Source: Planctomycetota bacterium
GTDB lineage: Bacteria > Planctomycetota > UBA8108 > SXIK01
NCBI GenBank assembly: GCA_965223265.1
Contig: OZ244999.1
Location: 8,064,001-8,128,000 of the forward strand
Length of the DNA: 64,000 nt
Reading direction: 5' to 3'
The position numbers were made by a program, and so were the translations under genes. Below are positions 59,153-64,000 of the stretch, piece after piece. The stretch's first letter is position 1. Each line of letters begins with the position of its first letter. The notes beneath the pieces were generated by a model, which had not been told where the DNA came from, ran no database searches, and saw only the letters and a program-made list of their open reading frames with translations.

Positions 59153-59312
59153 CAGCCTGTTGAAAACGTGCTTCGAGCCGAAAACTGGTCTCTTCGCGTC
59201 CAGATCGGCTGCGGCAAACGCAGGCAATCTTCGGGATTTTCGAGTATTGACCCGGTCGAGCTGGGCGTGAAGAGGCCAGTTTCTTCGGCCGAATGACTTT
59301 TTCAACTGGCTG
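59153..59312. mobile_element. MITE/REP-like hairpin element, full copy B (inverted relative to A)
   Basis: CAGCCTGTTGAAAACGT...ACTTTTTCAACTGGCTG; internal sequence nearly identical to the reverse complement of 50277-50435. Confidence 0.8.
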
Positions 59313-59410
59313 TCAAGAGCGCCGGCTGTTCCAGCTGCGTTCCTTGACTGACATCCGTGACTTCGGGGCGTGCCTCAGTGGGTGTCCAAGACGATGAAAG
59401 GAGGACACCA

Positions 59411-59854
59411 GTGCCCATTGCAACGAATCTCCGCGACTCGGTGGAAGAACTCAAGAAGGAGCGCGATCGCATCGACGCCTTGATCGAGCAGCTCGAGGCG
59501 ATGATCAGCGAACTTCCTGGAGGAGCCACTCGGGCGGCGCGTGGCCGAAAGAAGAAGAAGACCAGGAAGGTGTCGTCGGCGCGCGCTGGAAAGAAGACGA
59601 AGGCGACGTCGAAGGGAAAGCGAAAGAACGCTCCGCGCGGCCTGATGAAGAAGCTCATGCATCAGGTACTGAGATCTGCTGGGAAGCCGCTTTCGCCGAC
59701 GGTCCTGCGCGACAGAATCATTGCTGCCGGCTACCCGGCGCGTGACCGCACTGTGTTTTACACCGCGGTCTACAACGCGGCGAAAAAGGATCCTGCGGTG
59801 AAGAAAACGAAGGCGGGGTTCGCGCTGCGCGGTCGCGCAGCCAGCAAGGCGTAG
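59411..59854 (+). CDS. Small basic DNA-binding/nucleoid-associated-like protein (coiled coil + K-rich linker + winged-helix-like domain)
   Basis: AGGAGG before GTG 59411. ELKKERDRIDALIEQLE, then RGRKKKKTRK...KGKRKN, then MHQVLRSAGKPLSPTVLRDRIIAAGY. Confidence 0.7.
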   Translation: MPIATNLRDSVEELKKERDRIDALIEQLEAMISELPGGATRAARGRKKKKTRKVSSARAGKKTKATSKGKRKNAPRGLMKKLMHQVLRSAGKPLSPTVLRDRIIAAGYPARDRTVFYTAVYNAAKKDPAVKKTKAGFALRGRAASKA

Positions 59855-60106
59855 CACGAAGGCGACGTTCGGGTCATGCCGGACGAGAGCGGCCCGGAGC
59901 TTTTGACCATGCTCCGGGCCAGCGGCAAGTTTTTGGTCTCCAAGAGCGCCTGGAGCCGTGGAGGACGGGGGTGATGCGGTTCCGCGCAAGAATGCGCGGC
60001 GATCGCGTTTGAAGGCGTCTACAATTCCCGTATCCTACAGTCGTGCCGAGTCGCGGCGCGCTGGTGGGTTGGAAAGTGACCCCTGATCCCAAGAGCCGGC
60101 GAAGAA

Positions 60107-63028
60107 ATGACGGCGAAGAACCGCACCTCTCGGTGGATTACACGATGCCTGCGTCATGCGGGCTTCGTCGTTGGCGCGCAGCTGAGTGCGCTGCGTCCGA
60201 AAGCGAGGAGCAAGGCGCAAAGCCAACGCGTCGCGTGGCGCGATCGCCGGTCACTTCATCGCCATCGTGTCGACAATCGGTCACTCGCGCAGACCGTGGC
60301 TCTCACACGAGTGTGCGCTGCGGTCTGGGCATTGAGCTGCGCCTGCGGCGCGGCCTGGCCGGCGCCTTCGGGCGACTCCAGGAAGAACACTTTCTCGCCT
60401 CCCGAGGAGTGTGGTAAGTGCCACCCCCAACACTACCGCGAGTGGCGTAGCTCGGCGCACGCTTACGCCACCGTCGACCCGATTTTTCAGGCGTGTTTGC
60501 GTAACGGGCAAAAAGTCACCGGTGGGCGTGTGGGCAAGCTGTGCCTCGGTTGCCACGCCCCCCTCGGTGTGGAGACGGGAGAGCTGCGTGCGGGGCTCGA
60601 CGGATTGAAAGGAGCCTCGGCTGTGGCGAAGGCGGGGGTTTCGTGTGAGGTTTGCCACCGTCTCGAGGTCGACCACGGACGCGAGCACGTCGGCAACGCT
60701 AGCTTTCGCTTGCGCGACGCCCGCGAGAAGGTCGTCCTTGGACGATTGGTCGACCCTGTTTCGACGCCAGCGCACAAGTCGGTCAAGAGCGAAGGCCTCG
60801 GGGAAAGCGAGTTCTGCGGCAGCTGTCATGACGTGATCCAGCATGGCCGTCCGCTCGAGAAGAGTTTCGCGGAGTGGTCGGAGTCGATCTATCGAACGCA
60901 GCGCCGCACCCGGTGCCAAGACTGCCATATGGTGCGCTACAGCGGCCAAGCTGCCGTGGGTGGTCCCTACCGTGAGGGTTTGCGTCGCCACAACTTTCCG
61001 GCGGCTACAGTGCCGCTCATACCGTTTCCCAACCGAGGTTATCAAGAGGAGCAGGTGCGAGCGATTCTCCGCACTGCAGCTCGCCTGACGGTTGCGGTGC
61101 CGCGGCAGGTCGCTGCGGGCTCTGCGCTCGAGATTCGCGTCGACGTCAAGAACAGCGGCGCCGGCCACAACCTGCCGTCCGGGCTGTCGACCTTTCGCCA
61201 AATGTGGCTAGAGGTCACCGTCAAGGACGACCGTGACGCGCTTGTGTTCGCTTCGGGGCACCTCGATGCGCTCGGAGACCTCATGGATGAGCACAGCGAG
61301 GTGGCGCCGCACGGCGACCCGCATCTCGTGACCTACACCGACAAGTTCGTCGATCGCGACGGCAACGAGGTGAGTTTCTTTTTCGAGGCCGATCGTGTCA
61401 TCGAAAGATCGCTGAAGCCACTCGAAGAGCGGACGTCGAGATACCACGCAGCTGTGGCGCCAGACTTGCTGGGTCGCCGGCTACGTCTCCGCGTGCGGCT
61501 CCTGTTCCGTCCGTATCCGCCCCACGGGCTCAGATTCCTCGGGCTCGACGAGCTTGTAGAGCGCTTGCCGATTTGGGTCATGGATAGTTACGTGAGCGAG
61601 GGAATCGAGGTCGTGCGCACGGTCAACCGCTCGAGGCGGCACGAAGTCCCGAAAGACTTCGCGCAGATCCAAGCGGCAATCGACGCGGCGATCGACGGTG
61701 ACGAGATCGTGGTCGCACCGGGTCGTTATGTTTTGCCCTCGCCGATCGATTTTCGCGGCAAGGGCGTGCGCGTTGCCAGCCTGCGAGGACCGCATCGAAC
61801 CATCCTTGAGCTGCATCCCGAGGCGGCGCGCACCGACCGTGCTAGCGTCGCTCTCTTTCAAAGCGGCGAAGGGCCAGAGGCGCAGCTCGTTGGTTTCACG
61901 CTCCGCGGCGGGCGCGGAACGGCCATTCACGGCGAACGTGACCGGGTTTCAGGTCGGCGTCACGGCGGTGGGGTTTTCATCGATCGATCGGCGCCTGTGA
62001 TCGAGCGCAACCGCATCCTCCTGTGCGGCGTGACGGATGGGTTTGGTGGCGGCATCGCTAGCTTCGATGGTAGTCCCAAGATTCTCAACAACGTCATCGA
62101 ATCGTGCTGGGCGGAGCGCGGCGGCGGTGTAGCGATCGTCTCCGGAGCCGGCGAGGGTGCGGCGCGGTTCGTTGGCAATCGATGCGACGGCAACTTCGCC
62201 GTCTTCGGTGGCGGCCTTCTCGTTGCGGGGGGTCGGTCTGTTAGGGTCATCCAAGTTCTTCTCGCCGGCAACCGAGCTCGCGAGGCTGGCGGCGGCGTCC
62301 ACGTCGATGGTGGCGTCAGCTTGCGTCTCTCCGGCGCGACGCTGGTGCGCAACGAGGCGGAGCTCGCGGGTGACATCTCCGTTGCAGCGGGCGCGTCGGC
62401 TGCAGTCGATAGCTCGATCGTGTGGGAGAACGAGCCGCGCGGCAGCACCGCGACGTTTCGTTTTAGCGTCACGGACGTCGGCCAGGCGCAGGCGGATGCT
62501 TCCAATCGTGTGGAGGTACCCCTTTTCCGTGACCCGAGCGGCGCGTGGGAGAGCCGCGGGCGGGTGCCTCTTGAGCTGCCCGCAGCAGCCGGACCGCTCG
62601 CCAGCATGGTGTGGGTCGGCGGCGACTACCGTCTCGCGGACGGTTCGCCCGCGATTGACGCCGGCGATCCGACGACACGGACGGATCCCGACGACTCGCG
62701 CGCCGACGCTGGCGCATTCTTTATGGAGAAACCGCTGAACGCTTTCATTCGCGGCGACGTCGATGGGGATGGACTCGTTGGCTGGAACGATGCGCTCGCC
62801 GTCTTCGCGATGGTCGCGGATCGCCAAAGTCCTCGCTGTGCGGACGCTGCCGACGTCGACGATGACGGCGACGTCGACGACATGGATCTTCTTCACGCTG
62901 TAATGTACTTGCGCGGAGGCTGGGTCCCGCCTTCTGCGCCTTTTCCGGAGTGTGGACTCGACCCGACATTCGGAGAGGGGCTTGGCTGTAGCGAGAAAGG
63001 CACGACGTGTCTCGACGCGCCGCGTTGA
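60107..63028 (+). CDS. Multiheme (5 x CxxCH, c554-like) cytochrome fused to a parallel beta-helix and a C-terminal dockerin-like module; true start possibly GTG 60296
   Basis: Heme motifs CGKCH, CLGCH, CEVCH, CGSCH, CQDCH; GAGHNLPSG...RQMWL; VPKDFAQIQAAID, GGG-rich beta-helix turns, SPAIDAGDP; FIRGDVDGDG...DVDDDGDVD...CGLDPT. Confidence 0.85.
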   Translation: MTAKNRTSRWITRCLRHAGFVVGAQLSALRPKARSKAQSQRVAWRDRRSLHRHRVDNRSLAQTVALTRVCAAVWALSCACGAAWPAPSGDSRKNTFSPPEECGKCHPQHYREWRSSAHAYATVDPIFQACLRNGQKVTGGRVGKLCLGCHAPLGVETGELRAGLDGLKGASAVAKAGVSCEVCHRLEVDHGREHVGNASFRLRDAREKVVLGRLVDPVSTPAHKSVKSEGLGESEFCGSCHDVIQHGRPLEKSFAEWSESIYRTQRRTRCQDCHMVRYSGQAAVGGPYREGLRRHNFPAATVPLIPFPNRGYQEEQVRAILRTAARLTVAVPRQVAAGSALEIRVDVKNSGAGHNLPSGLSTFRQMWLEVTVKDDRDALVFASGHLDALGDLMDEHSEVAPHGDPHLVTYTDKFVDRDGNEVSFFFEADRVIERSLKPLEERTSRYHAAVAPDLLGRRLRLRVRLLFRPYPPHGLRFLGLDELVERLPIWVMDSYVSEGIEVVRTVNRSRRHEVPKDFAQIQAAIDAAIDGDEIVVAPGRYVLPSPIDFRGKGVRVASLRGPHRTILELHPEAARTDRASVALFQSGEGPEAQLVGFTLRGGRGTAIHGERDRVSGRRHGGGVFIDRSAPVIERNRILLCGVTDGFGGGIASFDGSPKILNNVIESCWAERGGGVAIVSGAGEGAARFVGNRCDGNFAVFGGGLLVAGGRSVRVIQVLLAGNRAREAGGGVHVDGGVSLRLSGATLVRNEAELAGDISVAAGASAAVDSSIVWENEPRGSTATFRFSVTDVGQAQADASNRVEVPLFRDPSGAWESRGRVPLELPAAAGPLASMVWVGGDYRLADGSPAIDAGDPTTRTDPDDSRADAGAFFMEKPLNAFIRGDVDGDGLVGWNDALAVFAMVADRQSPRCADAADVDDDGDVDDMDLLHAVMYLRGGWVPPSAPFPECGLDPTFGEGLGCSEKGTTCLDAPR

Positions 63029-63305
63029 GCTGCGCCGCTGGATGCGAGTTGCGTTTGTCGCGTCGGGCCGGCGATTGAGCAGGTGGACGGAGTTGAGTGG
63101 ACGTTATAGGATGGTGATAGGATGTTCGGTGCGGCATGCGCGCCGGCAAAGTGGCTAGTTTCACTCGCGGATGCGGCCGAGGCGCGATAGCCTAAGGGGA
63201 GACAAGAGTGCCCTTGCCGTGATTCCGCGCCGGAATCCTGCGACGTGCAGTCCGCACGAGAATCGACGTTTCTCCAGCCGCGCGGCAGGCAGTTAGGATG
63301 CTGAT

Positions 63306-64000
63306 ATGGTCAAACAACGAATCGTTCGCCTGATCCTTGCCGCGTTCACGCTTGCCTGTCTCGATTCGCCGGTCGTCGCTGATCTCGATCGGGACGAGCT
63401 CAACGAGAAGGAGGAGGCCGAAGCCAAGCCGGAGCTCGGCGGCATCGGCGGCAGCGACGACGCCACGGATCAGTACGAGAATCTCGCCCGCCGCGGCGAG
63501 AAGAACTTACGTGAGATCAACCGACTTCTCGAAGAGATCCAAAACAACCTCGGAGAGCGCAACACGGGCCAGCAGACGCAAGAGAAGCAGAAGCAGGCTG
63601 TCCAGCGTCTCGAGAAGCTGATTCAGGAATTGGCCGAGGCGGCGAAGGCATCGAAAGGCGCTGGGTCACAGTCCCAGCAGCCGAAGCCTCAGCAGCCATC
63701 CGAAGGCGAAGAGAACAAGCAGCAGCAACGGCGCCAGCAACAGGAGTCGATGCAGAACCAGCGGCAGAATTCCGAGAAGAAGATGTCGCCCGAGAAGCAG
63801 CCGAACGGCGAGCAAGAGCAGAACGATCAGGAAGATCGCCACACCGGGCAGCGCCGTGAGGCCACGCAGGACGATGTCGATGCGGACGCCTCCGCAGACC
63901 GACCGCGTCATACCCAGCGGTGGGGTAGTCTGCCCTCCAAAGTCATGGAAGCGCTCTCCTCGAGCGACAAGGAACCCCCGGCGCAGTATCGTGAGATCAT
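63306..64000 (+). CDS. Secreted Q/E-rich hypothetical protein (3'-truncated by window edge)
   Basis: Not in the ORF track. ATG 63306 is open to the window end: MVKQRIVRLILAAFTLACLDSPVVA...TGQQTQEKQKQAVQRLEKLI...WGSLPSKV...PPAQYREI. Confidence 0.75.
   Translation, partial: MVKQRIVRLILAAFTLACLDSPVVADLDRDELNEKEEAEAKPELGGIGGSDDATDQYENLARRGEKNLREINRLLEEIQNNLGERNTGQQTQEKQKQAVQRLEKLIQELAEAAKASKGAGSQSQQPKPQQPSEGEENKQQQRRQQQESMQNQRQNSEKKMSPEKQPNGEQEQNDQEDRHTGQRREATQDDVDADASADRPRHTQRWGSLPSKVMEALSSSDKEPPAQYREI

Noticed and set aside
58961-59305. ORFs spanning the hairpin elements (58961-59305, 59093-59296, 49779-50420) that share the peptide RAENWSLRVQ
   Set aside because: The similarity simply reflects the repeated DNA element; there is no transposase motif.
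5539-62896. Numerous long antisense or alternate-frame ORFs (e.g. 5539-6585, 16024-17298, 37006-38139, 54709-55863, 61949-62896)
   Set aside because: Shadow ORFs typical of high-GC DNA, lying opposite genes with clear family motifs.

Overview
GC-rich bacterial DNA, probably from a Planctomycetota genome. This is an inference from five Cys-rich dockerin-like 'F.RGD.N.D...D.SDAI..L.YLF...CG.DPT' modules, a Tat-exported Gfo/Idh/MocA protein and planctomycete-style Q-rich secreted proteins. 1-10.5 kb: redox and housekeeping genes (glutathione peroxidase end, JAMM protease, di-heme peroxidase/MauG family plus a cupredoxin-like lipoprotein, glyA), three dockerin-like exported proteins, and a HEAT-repeat/AhpC-TSA gene that the ORF track splits at an in-frame TGA in a UxxC motif (probable selenoprotein). 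10.6-20.4 kb: a 13-bp x ~24 tandem repeat, an FHA-TM-transglutaminase protein and a giant coiled-coil/PAS membrane protein with no output domain. 20.5-51.2 kb: an exosortase (PEP-CTERM-type) exopolysaccharide locus with epimerase, priming sugar transferase, O-antigen ligase, acyltransferase, amidotransferase, five glycosyltransferases, FemAB, PrsK/PrsR, exosortase, EpsI, TPR, Wzz, a kinase-like protein and Wza. No PEP-CTERM protein is visible in it; its divergent sigma54 promoters instead point at FN3 and dockerin-FN3 genes, and the priming transferase and tyrosine kinase lack catalytic residues. 51.6-64 kb: TAXI-TRAP, SSS and ClC transporters, a basic nucleoid-protein-like gene and a pentaheme cytochrome/beta-helix/dockerin fusion. 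A ~160-bp hairpin MITE-like family occurs as five full or deleted copies. No rRNA, tRNA, CRISPR array or transposase was seen. All calls come from motif recognition by eye; no database searches were run.
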